NCBI GenBank assembly: GCA_964016885.1
Contig: OZ024762.1
Location: forward strand, 6,882,001 to 6,946,000
Source: Eledone cirrhosa
Lineage: Eukaryota
Direction: 5' to 3'
DNA length: 64,000 bases
Part shown: positions 52,832 to 64,000 of the stretch, piece by piece
Position numbering within the stretch: the stretch's first letter is position 1
Layout: each line of letters begins with the position of its first letter
The notes under the pieces: generated by a model
The model's database searches: none
The model's input: the letters and a program-made list of their open reading frames with translations, nothing else
Told to the model about the DNA's origin: nothing
Translations under genes and position numbers: made by a program

Positions 52832-55721
52832 TAAGGGACTCGGAAACGGCGGCTTGCTAGTAAGTATTAGAGGAAATTTCCAACATTATAAACATCATAC
52901 ATATCATATTCCCCAAGCTAGGTGAGTGTGGTGAAAGTGGGAGGGTGGGCGAGGGGCAGCCCCGTGGCCTGAAATCTGTATATCCTTGTATTGACATTGT
53001 ACAAGACCCTGGATTGAACACATTAAAGCAACATCTCCAGCAGAGTGAGGCGAAAAAAAGCCCAATCAGAGCAGCAGAACATCGTGTCAGTAAATAAGTA
53101 GTTGGTTGAAGTTTGTAGGGGACCGTAGTACAAAGAAAACATCATTAAGTGAGCTAATGAACTGGTGGTGGGGGGCTGTAGTTGGAGGGAGAGAGGACGG
53201 GAGATGAGTAGTGAGAGAGAGAGGGAGGTGGTGAGAGATGAGTAGTGAGAGAGAGTGGGAGGGAGAGAGGACGGGGGGAGAGAGGACGGGAGGTGCGGTG
53301 AGAGTGGGAGGTGTAGTGGGAGGGAGAGAGGACGGGAGGTGCGGTAAGAGATGAGAGAGAGAGAGAGGGAGGTGGTGAGAGATGAGTAGTGAGAGAGAAT
53401 GGGAGGGAGAGAGGACGGGAGGTGTGGTGAGAAGACGGGAGGTGTGGTGTGAGGAAGAGAGGATGGGAGGTGTGGTGAGAGATGAGTGGTGAGAGAGAGG
53501 AAGGTGTGTGAGGGGAGAGAGAGAGGTGAAATACAATCTGACACTGATCTCTCTCTCCAAAGAACATCGAAAAGTCTTATATAAGTACATCAACAACAAC
53601 AAAACCGTTTTGCATTAGGGACCACAAACATATACTATAGAGGGGGAAGGGGGGGGGGGGGGGGCTGAAACATATACTATGGAAGGACTGTAACATATAC
53701 TACAAAGGGACTGTAACATATACTATAGAGGGACTGTAACATATACTATAAAATGGCTCGTAATTTTTAAAAAATGTGACAGATTAAATATGGTATCGGA
53801 AGAAACAAATATGAGCCTCTTTCTCCTCGCCCCCCCCCTCCTCCCAGTAATAAATATCACCGGGGTCACATGATAAGTTCTGTTAATAACATTGAAGGCT
53901 TACCTTTCTTTAGTTCCTGATGCTATGAAACATTGGACAACGTAACCTTCTTCCTGGCCCATGTCTTCTAGGTTTTCCTCAACCGGCAACTGGTTTCCAC
54001 TGGAAGGAAGTTCTCGCTGGTCACTCTATGCGCATGGGTGGCACGTGATCAGGCATCTTCTTCCGCGATCTTTAGGGTAAAGGGTAAAGACCCCCCATCG
54101 GTCATGAATGACCATGTGATTTGCACCTAGAAAGTTTACCTCGGAGTTATATGTCCGAGCAAGGTTTGTGGAAGACCAACAGTTACCCATACATACCAGT
54201 CTCCCCTCTCTACACCACTGATGTCATCTAAGGGAAAGGCTATGGCCGATACAGCTTGGCACCAGTGACGTCTCAACTCATATATACACTAAGTACAGTA
54301 TATATACACTACGTACAGTATATATACACTACGTACATTATATATCCATTATATATACACTATGTACAGTATATATACACTATATATACATCATATATAC
54401 ACTATGTACATTATATATACACTATATATACACTATGTACAGTATATATACATCATGTACATTATATATACACTATGTACAGTATATATATACACTATAT
54501 ATGATGTTGTCCAAGGCAAAGCCAATGGCCAATACAGCTTGACACCAGTGATGTTGCAACTCATTTCTACAGCTGAGTAAACTGGAGCAACGTGAAATGA
54601 AGTGTCTTGCTCAAGAACACAACGCAAATCCCTGTTAGAGAAACGAACTCACAACCTCACGATTGTAGTCCAACGCTCTACCATCTTACGGTAATGACAT
54701 TCTGTAGGTTACACAGTCAGGGGGCCTGTTTCATAACTTCTTCCTTCATGTTCTTACAACCGGAACATAACCCCTCAAAACATGGATTACTTTCACAAAA
54801 GATGGGAGCTATGTGTGGTTATTGGACCCTCTTTTGAAACGACGCCTCATCAATCGGTAAGATAATCTGTTATCTAGTCAGCCCCCTTTTTCTCTCTTCT
54901 AGTTTCATAACAAACAAAAATAAGGGATCAACAATCGATTTCATAGAAATAACAGCAAATCTTCCCTCATTTTAATAAAACCCAGTGTTTCTAGGACTAC
55001 GTATTTTAATATGTGCTTCCATTTTGAAGATAGTTGGCAGGTCGACTGACGATGCAGTTTTCCTGTTTGGCACACAAACAACACATACAATAATGTGTGT
55101 GTGTGTGGTGGTGGTGGTAGGGGGGCTCAACGGAACAGCTTCCTCGTGAAATTAACTTGCAAATGGCTGAGCATTCCATAGATACGTATATCTTTACCGT
55201 AGTTCTCAGGGAGATTCAGCATGGCACAGTGACAAGGCTAGCCGTTTGAATTACAAGTACGATTAATGTTTTTCCTAGTTGAGTGGACGGATACAATACA
55301 CCGTCCGGTCCTGGAATGTAACTCCCGACCTTACAGCACCCTAAACCCTAAACTTTCCACTGGAAGGAAGTTCTCACTGGTCACTCTATGCGCATGGGTG
55401 GCACGTGATCAGGCATCTTCTTCCGCGATCTTTAGGGTAAAGGCTAAAGACCCCCCATCGGTCATGAATGACCATGTGATTTGCACCTAGAAAGTTTACC
55501 TCGGAGTTATATGTCCGAGCAAGGTTTAACACATAATAACATACGCGTGACACACTCATGTATGTATGGTCCCGTAACTCCTGAGGGAGTCGTAGGGGCG
55601 CCGTATTGACATGCGGCGTTTCTCCTCTCCAGGTCAGAATACAGCAGATAGAATGATAGAGAGAGTAAGAGAATGGAAGTAAGAAAGAGGTGTAGAAGAA
55701 TCAACCTCAGCACTAGACTGA

Positions 55722-55900
55722 TACCCCATTTCCCGGCGTCAAAGACGCTACTTTTTTCCCCTACAATAAGTCTCAAAAATCTACCATGCGTCCTGGAGGC
55801 CGAAGGTTTTATTATTTTTTTTTTTTTTTCAAATTTTTTGTTGTCACAATTAGGGCGCGTTCTCGAGGAGGAAGCGTCTTCGGCGCCGAGAAATACGGTA
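55722..55900. mobile_element. Tc1/mariner-pogo-type MITE with TA target duplication, nested in a SINE
   Basis: Terminal inverted repeats TA-CCCCATTTCCCGGCGTCAAAGACGC / GCGTCTTCGGCGCCGAGAAATACGG-TA interrupt the SINE motif CTG.TA|CTTATTTT. Confidence 0.7.
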
Positions 55901-56029
55901 CTTATTTTTATGAAAGGCAAAAGTTGACCGTGGTGGTATTTGAACTGAGAAAGCAGAGAGCCAGAATACTGCGAAACATTCTATTTGACCTTCTCAGGAC
56001 TTTGTCAGTTCACCGTCCATACCACAACT

Positions 56030-56390
56030 GATACAACGACTATAACACACCTGTTACAACGTCTATAACACACCTGTTACAACAACTACAACACACCTGT
56101 TACAACCTCTATAACACACCTGTTACAACTATAACACACCTGTTACAACAACTATAACACACCTGTTACAACTATAACACACATGTTACAACTATAACAC
56201 ACCTGTTACAACTATAACACACATGTTACAACAACTATAACACACCTGTTACAACGACTATAACACACCTGTTACAACTATAACACACCTGTTATACCCC
56301 ACCTGTTACAACGTCTATACCATACCTGTTATACCACACCTGTTATAACACACCTGTTATACCACATCTGTTATAACACACCTGTTATAA
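56030..56390. repeat. 17-20-bp minisatellite CTATAACACACCTGTTACAA
   Basis: Directly visible. Confidence 0.92.
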
Positions 56391-56454
56391 CAGATTAATA
56401 TACAAATAACAACACTCCAATCTCTTTAATTCTAAAAATGATTCATATAGGTTT

Positions 56455-57035
56455 GACCGAACAGGGCCTGGTGAAACATGGTGTGGCCAAATAAGGTTTT
56501 GGTTAAACATGGTGTGGTCGAACAGGGCCTGGTGAAACATAGTGTGGCCAAACAGGGCCTGGTTAAACATGGTGTGGCCCACAGAGCCTGGTTAAACATG
56601 GTGTGACCAAACAGGGCCTGGTTAAACATGGTGTGGCCGAACAGGGCCTGGTTAAACATGGTGTGGCCAAACAGGGCCTGGTGAAACATGGTGTGGCCAA
56701 ACAGGGCCTGGTGAAACATGGTGTGGCCAAACAGGGCCTGGTTAAACATGGTGTGGCCGAACAGGGCCTGGTGAAACATGGTGTGGCCAAACAGGGCCTG
56801 GTGAAACATGGTGTGGCCAAACAGAGCCTGGTGAAACATGGTGTGGTCGAACAGGGCCTGGTTAAACATGGTGTGGTCGAACAGGGCTTGAGTAAATTGC
56901 GTGTGGTTGAATAGGTTGTGATTAAACAGGGTATGATCAAATAGTATATGATCGATCAGTGTGCGGTCAAGCAGGGTGTGGTTAAACTGGGCGTGACCAG
57001 ACAGGGTGTGGTCAAACTGGGCGTGATCAAACTGG
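56455..57035. repeat. 30-bp minisatellite AACAGGGCCTGGT(G/T)AAACATGGTGTGGCC(A/G)
   Basis: About 15 conserved units that degenerate toward 57035. Confidence 0.92.
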
Positions 57036-58033
57036 GATTTGAACCCAGAACACAAAGAGACGCCACTGTGGACCAGCTTGATAATCTAAGTTAGTTATAT
57101 TATAAAATCCTTCTAGAATTATTTGAAAACCACCAGGCAGTGTCTTTCACTGAAAATATAGAAACAAAAGGATTAAATCTTTGTTTATTTAAAATCCTTC
57201 CACCATAATTTTATGTAAGAACCTTTGTTAAGTTGTGTTCCAAATACCAGCTTAATAATTCTAGAATACTTTCTAAATGATTTGAAAATTAGTATTATTT
57301 AAAAAAAAAAAAAATAGAGTAACGAAAGGGTTAAAGTGTTTCTATTTATCTAAAAATCTTCCATCATAATTGTATGAACCACCTTGATTGAGTTATGTTC
57401 CAAATCCTGCTAAAACATTTTGATTATTTTCAAAATGTTTTTAGATTAAAATTTTTGTTTATTTCTGAACAGAAGAGTGTTCCATGTTATTCAGTTATAT
57501 AAGTAACGTTACACAAATGGCGACTATATTTTACAAAAAGAAGTTTTACAATGATGGATATATGAAAAAAACAAAAGATAAAACAAAATTAAGTAATGAA
57601 AAGAGAGGGAAAGGGGTAAAGAAAATAGATCTATATTTGACAATTATAGACAGTGTTTCATAAGAAATATGTTAACGAAAGGTTTAAGATTCAGAAACGT
57701 ACTTCTCATAGATCGGGGCCCTAGTCAGTTGCGCCTAGTTGACATTAGAGGAAACGTCGACCCTAACTATGAGGTAATAACAAAGCTTAGTTCTTTGTTT
57801 ACTACAAACTTCTATCTTTTCTCTAGATAAAGACAATAGGTTTGACTATCTGGCCGGGCTGGTGTGTGTGTGTGTGTGTGTGTGTTGGCAACGGTCTTAT
57901 GTTAATTGAACAAAGAAACTACGTCTCTCTCTCTCTCTCTCTCTCATATTCTCCTTCTCAATTATTTCGTCTTTCTCTCTTCCTAATATATATATATATC
58001 CATGTGCAACCATGCAGTATTCTTCTCCCCATA

Positions 58034-58087
<54 letters not shown>

Positions 58088-58192
58088 GGGTGTGTGTGTA
58101 TATATATATATATATATAGTGCAAACTTGGACGGGAAAATGTACCTATCTATCTCTCTCTATCTATCTATATATATACATACATGTGTGTGA

Positions 58193-58230
<38 letters not shown>

Positions 58231-58232
<2 letters not shown>

Positions 58233-58421
58233 CGAAGGAAATGTGGTAAGGAACCAGGTGGACCATAACGCACCAAAGTACTCAATACTTGAGGTAGTAG
58301 AGTGGGTAATAGGAACCAGTAAGACCCCGACAGCTGAGCTCAAGCCGTTTCGACGGCTAATTCAGTCCAGAATTAGCCGTCGAAACGGCTTGAGCTCAGC
58401 TGTCGGGGTCTTACTGGTTCC

Positions 58422-58423
<2 letters not shown>
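58231..58423. mobile_element. Family A fold-back element
   Basis: Nearly identical to the 26267 and 48845 copies in the opposite orientation, with TA flanks. Confidence 0.78.
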
Positions 58424-58511
<88 letters not shown>

Positions 58512-58522
58512 CATGTGTGTGA

Positions 58523-58628
<106 letters not shown>

Positions 58629-58687
58629 GTATATAAGTATGTATATATATATATATGTATATATATATATACATACATGTGTGTGAG

Positions 58688-58719
<32 letters not shown>

Positions 58720-58766
58720 TACATACATGTGTGTGAGTATATACATATGTATATGCACACATACAG

Positions 58767-58821
<55 letters not shown>

Positions 58822-59614
58822 ATGTGTGAAAGCAACTTGACGTCAAGAGACAGACAGACAGAAATTCTTCCAAATTGGAATGAGATACAGACACAACACC
58901 AACAACAACACCAACAACAACAATATTCTCATCATCAGTATCAACAGCAATAGCAATAACCCCACCAACACCACCAACACTAACCCCAACAACGACACCA
59001 ACAATAACCCCCAAAATAATTCCAATAATTCCACCACCATCGACAATAACATCGTCTCCAACAACACCACCACCACCACCACCACCACCAACAACAACAT
59101 TAACATCTCCAACAACACCACCACCACCACCACCACCACCAACAACAACAACATTAACATCTCCAACAACACCACCAACACCACCACCACCGTCAACCCC
59201 ACGACCACCACCACCACCACCAACAATAACACCATCATCATCATCTCCAACACCACCACAATCAACCCCACCACCACCACCACCATCATCATCATCTCCA
59301 CCAACACCACCACCACCATCAACCCCACCACCACCACGACCACCAACATCATCAACATCAACATCTCCAACAAAACCAACACCACCACCACCACCACCAT
59401 CAACCCCACCAACACCACCACCACCAACAACATCATCAACCCCCCCACCCCTCTCCAACCAACCCCCCCATCAACCCCAACACCCCACCCCAACAGCATC
59501 TCCAACAACACCACCACCACCATCAACCCCCTCCCCCACCAACAACATCCCCCCCACCCCCACCACCACCATCTCCAACACCACCACCACCACCACCACC
59601 ATCAACAACATCTC

Positions 59615-59636
59615 CAACAACACCAGCAATAACCTT

Positions 59637-59668
<32 letters not shown>

Positions 59669-59687
59669 CAACACCAGCAATAACCTT

Positions 59688-59719
<32 letters not shown>

Positions 59720-59735
59720 CACCAGCAATAACCTT

Positions 59736-59767
<32 letters not shown>

Positions 59768-59783
59768 CACCAGCAATAACCTT

Positions 59784-59815
<32 letters not shown>

Positions 59816-59831
59816 CACCAGCAATAACCTT

Positions 59832-59863
<32 letters not shown>

Positions 59864-59882
59864 CAACACCAGCAATAACCTT

Positions 59883-59914
<32 letters not shown>

Positions 59915-59930
59915 CACCAGCAATAACCTT

Positions 59931-59962
<32 letters not shown>

Positions 59963-60065
59963 CACCAGCAATAACCTTACCACCACCACCAACAACAACA
60001 ACAACAACACCAGCAATAACCTTACCACCACCACCACCACCAACAACAACACCAGCAATAACCTT

Positions 60066-60097
<32 letters not shown>

Positions 60098-60176
60098 CAC
60101 CAGCAATAACCTTACCACCACCACCACCACCAACAACAACACCAGCAATAACCTTACCACCACCACCACCACCACC

Positions 60177-60205
<29 letters not shown>
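59615..60205. repeat. Higher-order repeat of about 45 bp, CACCAGCAATAACCTTA(CCA)n(CAA)n
   Basis: Directly visible. Confidence 0.9.
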
Positions 60206-60207
<2 letters not shown>

Positions 60208-60382
60208 TCGTTAACAGTTCCCCTTAGACCAATATTTACAAGAAGCTACCTCTCACTCCTACAGTCGTATTCTCTTGTATAAAAATCTTATTGATTCAAA
60301 CTTCCATCCTAAGTTGTATGATGTATACTATATATATTTACAAAGAGAAGACGACAGAAAGAAGGCTAAATGTTGTGTGTGT

Positions 60383-60419
<37 letters not shown>

Positions 60420-60426
60420 TACACAC

Positions 60427-60477
<51 letters not shown>

Positions 60478-60626
60478 TATGTCTGTGTGTGTATATATAT
60501 ATGTGTATATATAAATGTATATATGTGTGTATATATATATATATATGTATATATAATGTGTGTGTATATATATATGTATATATAATGTGTGTGTATATAT
60601 ATATATATATATGAATGTATATATGA

Positions 60627-60660
<34 letters not shown>

Positions 60661-60886
60661 GTATGTATATATATATAATTGTATATATATATACATTCAT
60701 ATATATATACACACACATACATTTATATATATATATACATTTATATATATATATATATATATCTATATATATGAATGTAAATATCTATCTATCTATATAT
60801 ATATATATATAAATGTATGTATGTATGTGTGTGTGCGTGTATATATATATATATATATATAAATGTATGTATATATATAAATGTAT

Positions 60887-60936
<50 letters not shown>

Positions 60937-61025
60937 GTATGTATATATATATAAATGTATGTATGTGTGTGTATATATATATATATGTATATATATATAT
61001 GTATGTATATATATAAATGTATGTA

Positions 61026-61073
<48 letters not shown>

Positions 61074-61174
61074 GGTGTTGAAGTTTCCGTGGAAAAAGTA
61101 AAAGGAATGAAGAGTGCTCTATGTAAGTAACAGAGCTAAATATTTAATGTATAATAAACAACACAGTATAATTA

Positions 61175-61241
61175 CCTCATTACCCGAGATTTCCCGACAG
61201 GACGGACACAAGAGACGTCCGCATTCGTTCGTCAGATAAGG
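61175..61241 (-). ncRNA. Type I hammerhead ribozyme (family H, minus-strand copy of an inverted pair)
   Basis: Minus strand reads CCTTAT-CTGACGA-ACGAATGCGGAC...GTCCGTCCTGTCGG-GAAA-TC-TCG-GG-TA-ATGAGG. Helix I is 6 bp, helix II is extended (GCGGAC/GTCCGT), and the triplet is GUA. Confidence 0.78.
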
Positions 61242-61251
61242 CAATATATTG

Positions 61252-61319
61252 CCTTATCTGACGAACGAATGCGGACGTCTTTTGTGTTCATCCTGTTCGG
61301 GAAATCTCGGGTAATGAGG
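61252..61319 (+). ncRNA. Type I hammerhead ribozyme (family H, plus-strand copy of an inverted pair)
   Basis: Reads CCTTAT-CTGACGA-A-CGAA...TTCG-G-GAAA-TCTCGGG-TA-ATGAGG. Confidence 0.75.
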
Positions 61320-61423
61320 TAATTATACTGTGTTGTTTATTATACATTAAACACACACACACACACACAGACACACACACAGACACAGACACACAGACAC
61401 ACAGACAGACCCAGACGCACGCG

Positions 61424-61476
<53 letters not shown>

Positions 61477-61610
61477 AGAGAGAGGTTATATTTAATTTGT
61501 TGGGATTCAACAAGCTTAAACATTTTTATAACTGATATAAAGCACACAACAGACTAGTGGGGTTAACACAATATATTAATAAATGGAAACTATATTTATA
61601 AAACCATATT

Positions 61611-61675
61611 TATTTTATTATATATATTTCAAGGGCGACCAAGGTAAATTATGGTGCGCTTTCATCAGATAATAC
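61611..61675 (-). ncRNA. Type I minimal hammerhead ribozyme (family B)
   Basis: Minus strand reads TTAT-CTGATGA-AAGCGCACCA-(loop)-TGGTCGCCCTT-GAAA-TATATATA-ATAA. Confidence 0.72.
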
Positions 61676-61894
61676 AGATTTTTTTTATAAATAAATATTT
61701 ATTTATAAAACAAATCTGTATTTTATCTGATGAAAGCGCATCAGAGTATAGTTACAATGTATTATCATCATCTAGAAACGATCGTAAAGCAGCGAAGTAT
61801 ATCTCTAATGGCTTGATTTTTTATTTCATTGTTTTAACTTATATTATAATAAAATAAATATGGTTTTATAAATATATTTTCCATTTATTAATAT

Positions 61895-61974
<80 letters not shown>

Positions 61975-62506
61975 TTTCGGTCTTCCTTGAACTGGCCGCC
62001 CAGCATCCCAGTTCATTTTCCTTTTGTCTTTTCTATCATTTTTCATTTCAGTTCAAGAAACATTGTCCAAACGAACGAATGTACCTATTATTATCCGCCC
62101 TTATATTTATTAATCTTCCTGCACGGTTGCTTTTATCTGTTGGATCTACATTATGTTCTGTCTTGGTATCATTCGGTTTTGTTTTCATGTCGAACTGTTC
62201 TGTGAGTCGTCTGTACTGTTTTAACTTTGTCTCGTGTCTGTTGAAAGATAAAATTGTATTTTATCTCCTGCCATAATACATTGTTATGTCTTGTCTTGTC
62301 TTGTTTTATGTACTTCAATTCTGATCAACTAATTTGTATTAGCTGCTTGTGCGCTAAGATGAACGATCTAAACAAAATAATGCACAGAAATCGAAGTGAT
62401 TCCAAGGAAAGAGCTGATGATACTGGGTGCTTCTATTTGTCCGTTTTGCTCAAATTTGCCGGTGATTATTGTTCTCATATGTACTCAGATTTTAACTTCT
62501 TATATG

Positions 62507-62564
<58 letters not shown>

Positions 62565-62716
62565 TTATTTATTTATTAAAATAACAGATTAAAGTTTAAA
62601 CAAAGAATCGCTGCTTTCACCCTTAACGGGATCTTCTGAAACTAACAAAGTCAATCTGTGAACGCAGAAGTGAATATTTCAAAAGACGTTGCAACCGGAG
62701 GAAGATTGACTTTGTT

Positions 62717-62767
62717 AGTTTCAGAAGATCCCGTTAAGGGTGAAAGCAGCGATTCTTTGCTTAAACT
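62717..62767 (+). ncRNA. Hammerhead-like fold with variant core (CAGAAGA); inverted partner at about 62593-62643
   Basis: Reads AGTTT-CAGAAGA-T-CCC-GTTAA-GGG-T-GAAA-GCA-(9 nt)-TGC-TT-AAACT. All three helices form, but U4 is changed to A and the triplet is CUU. Confidence 0.5.
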
Positions 62768-62877
62768 TTAATCTGTTATTTTAATAAATATTTGCTCTAC
62801 GGTTCTTATATATTTGATATATATTTATCCTTATCGAGCCCTCTTTGGATTTTAGTCTTCAAATTTATTATTATTAC

Positions 62878-62910
<33 letters not shown>

Positions 62911-63075
62911 AGTGAGAGAATATGCTCCGAAATCATTAGACGTGTCCGTCGAGTCTGCGGGTCCAGAATCAGACAGGTCCTCACTATGATCGCATCTCGA
63001 GCTGTCCGCCGGCGAAACAATTGTAACACAATAATTTGAGTTCAGATGCATCACTGATTTTTTCGTTTTCTATTC

Positions 63076-63107
<32 letters not shown>

Positions 63108-63221
63108 TACACACATATATATATATATATAGACATATATATATATCTTTAGTCAAAAATACGGTGAAAGCTATTCTATTTTCTAATTTCAAATCTGCTC
63201 ACTGTTTCAAAACATTACTTG

Positions 63222-63270
<49 letters not shown>

Positions 63271-63311
63271 TTCTAAATATTAACAAAAATAGACATTCGT
63301 GTGATCAAGTA

Positions 63312-63378
63312 TATTTTATTATACATATTTCAGAGGTACTGAGCTATCTTTAACAGTACGTCCTCATCAGATAAAATA
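63312..63378 (-). ncRNA. Type I minimal hammerhead ribozyme (family B-like)
   Basis: Minus strand reads TATTTTAT-CTGATGA-GGACGTACT-(14 nt)-AGTACCTCT-GAAA-TATGTATA-ATAAAATA. Helix I is a perfect 8 bp. Confidence 0.82.
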
Positions 63379-64000
63379 AGATGATGCATGACATACCTTG
63401 ACTAAGTAGATGGTTAAAATTCAGTCATGGCAGTGAATAAGATAGGACAAAACTCAATATTTATATACCTTAAGATTGAGACATGAACAAATTACATATA
63501 ATACAGAGGGTGCGTGTGAGAAAGCTTTTAAAGATACATAATAATAAACAACTACTAATATAATACAAACTTACATAACTGTTAGAAATTTAAATAATTT
63601 AAATTATTGAAGAAAGAAGAAGTGAAAGACAGAGAGAGAAACAGATGAGGAAAAAGAGAGTGACTAGAAGTATAGAAATATCTTATGCACGAAAGCAAAA
63701 GAAAATTGATTAAGGATAGAGAGACGAGGAGAAAATAATTTTTATAGTATAAAGCATAGGGAGGGAGATTTGTATTGTCGTGGATAAACAGCGTATAATT
63801 AGATTGAATAGATCAATAGCGTATAATAGATTGAATAGATCAATCAAAATACCAAATATATATCTGGGTGTAGTTATATGACGGTTTATTTTCGAATCCT
63901 TAAGTTAATTAGAAATAGTCTATTAATCAATTATATATATCCCAGCGTATCCGGATGACCGTTAAATTTCGAATTTTTATGTTAGTTAGAAATAGTGAAT

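Noticed and set aside
53903-53995. Minus-strand exon-like segment (LPVEENLEDMGQEEGYVVQCF...) with an AAG|GTAAGC donor
   Set aside because: Short, with no recognisable homology, and it abuts a duplicated repeat.

Overview
This is AT-rich eukaryotic DNA saturated with microsatellites. The (TA)n/(CA)n/(GAT)n tracts, tRNA-derived SINEs with RTE-type tails and RTE LINE fragments are typical of an Octopus or other coleoid cephalopod genome (inference). Almost all ORFs in the supplied track are microsatellite artefacts. Real coding signal is limited to three things: the first coding exon of GOPC (17760-17972, minus strand); a divergently oriented Asn/Thr-rich exon (37063-38208, plus strand) ending in a hydrophobic segment, a ROS1/Sevenless-like CxxSCxTN motif and a strong splice donor; and several decayed RTE-clade LINE fragments. 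The most striking unexplained structure is a dense set of short elements embedded in (TA)n tracts that carry type I hammerhead ribozyme (HHR) motifs. I could fold about ten complete HHRs by eye (CTGANGA / helix II / GAAA / helix III / NUH / helix I) from several unrelated sequence families, plus degenerate copies. Some occur as inverted pairs with a ribozyme on each strand. Many others are fold-back palindromes of the 3' half of an HHR whose inversion point lies in helix II. These resemble Penelope-like pLTR or retrozyme relics that target TA microsatellites. All folds and family assignments were made by inspection, without database searches.
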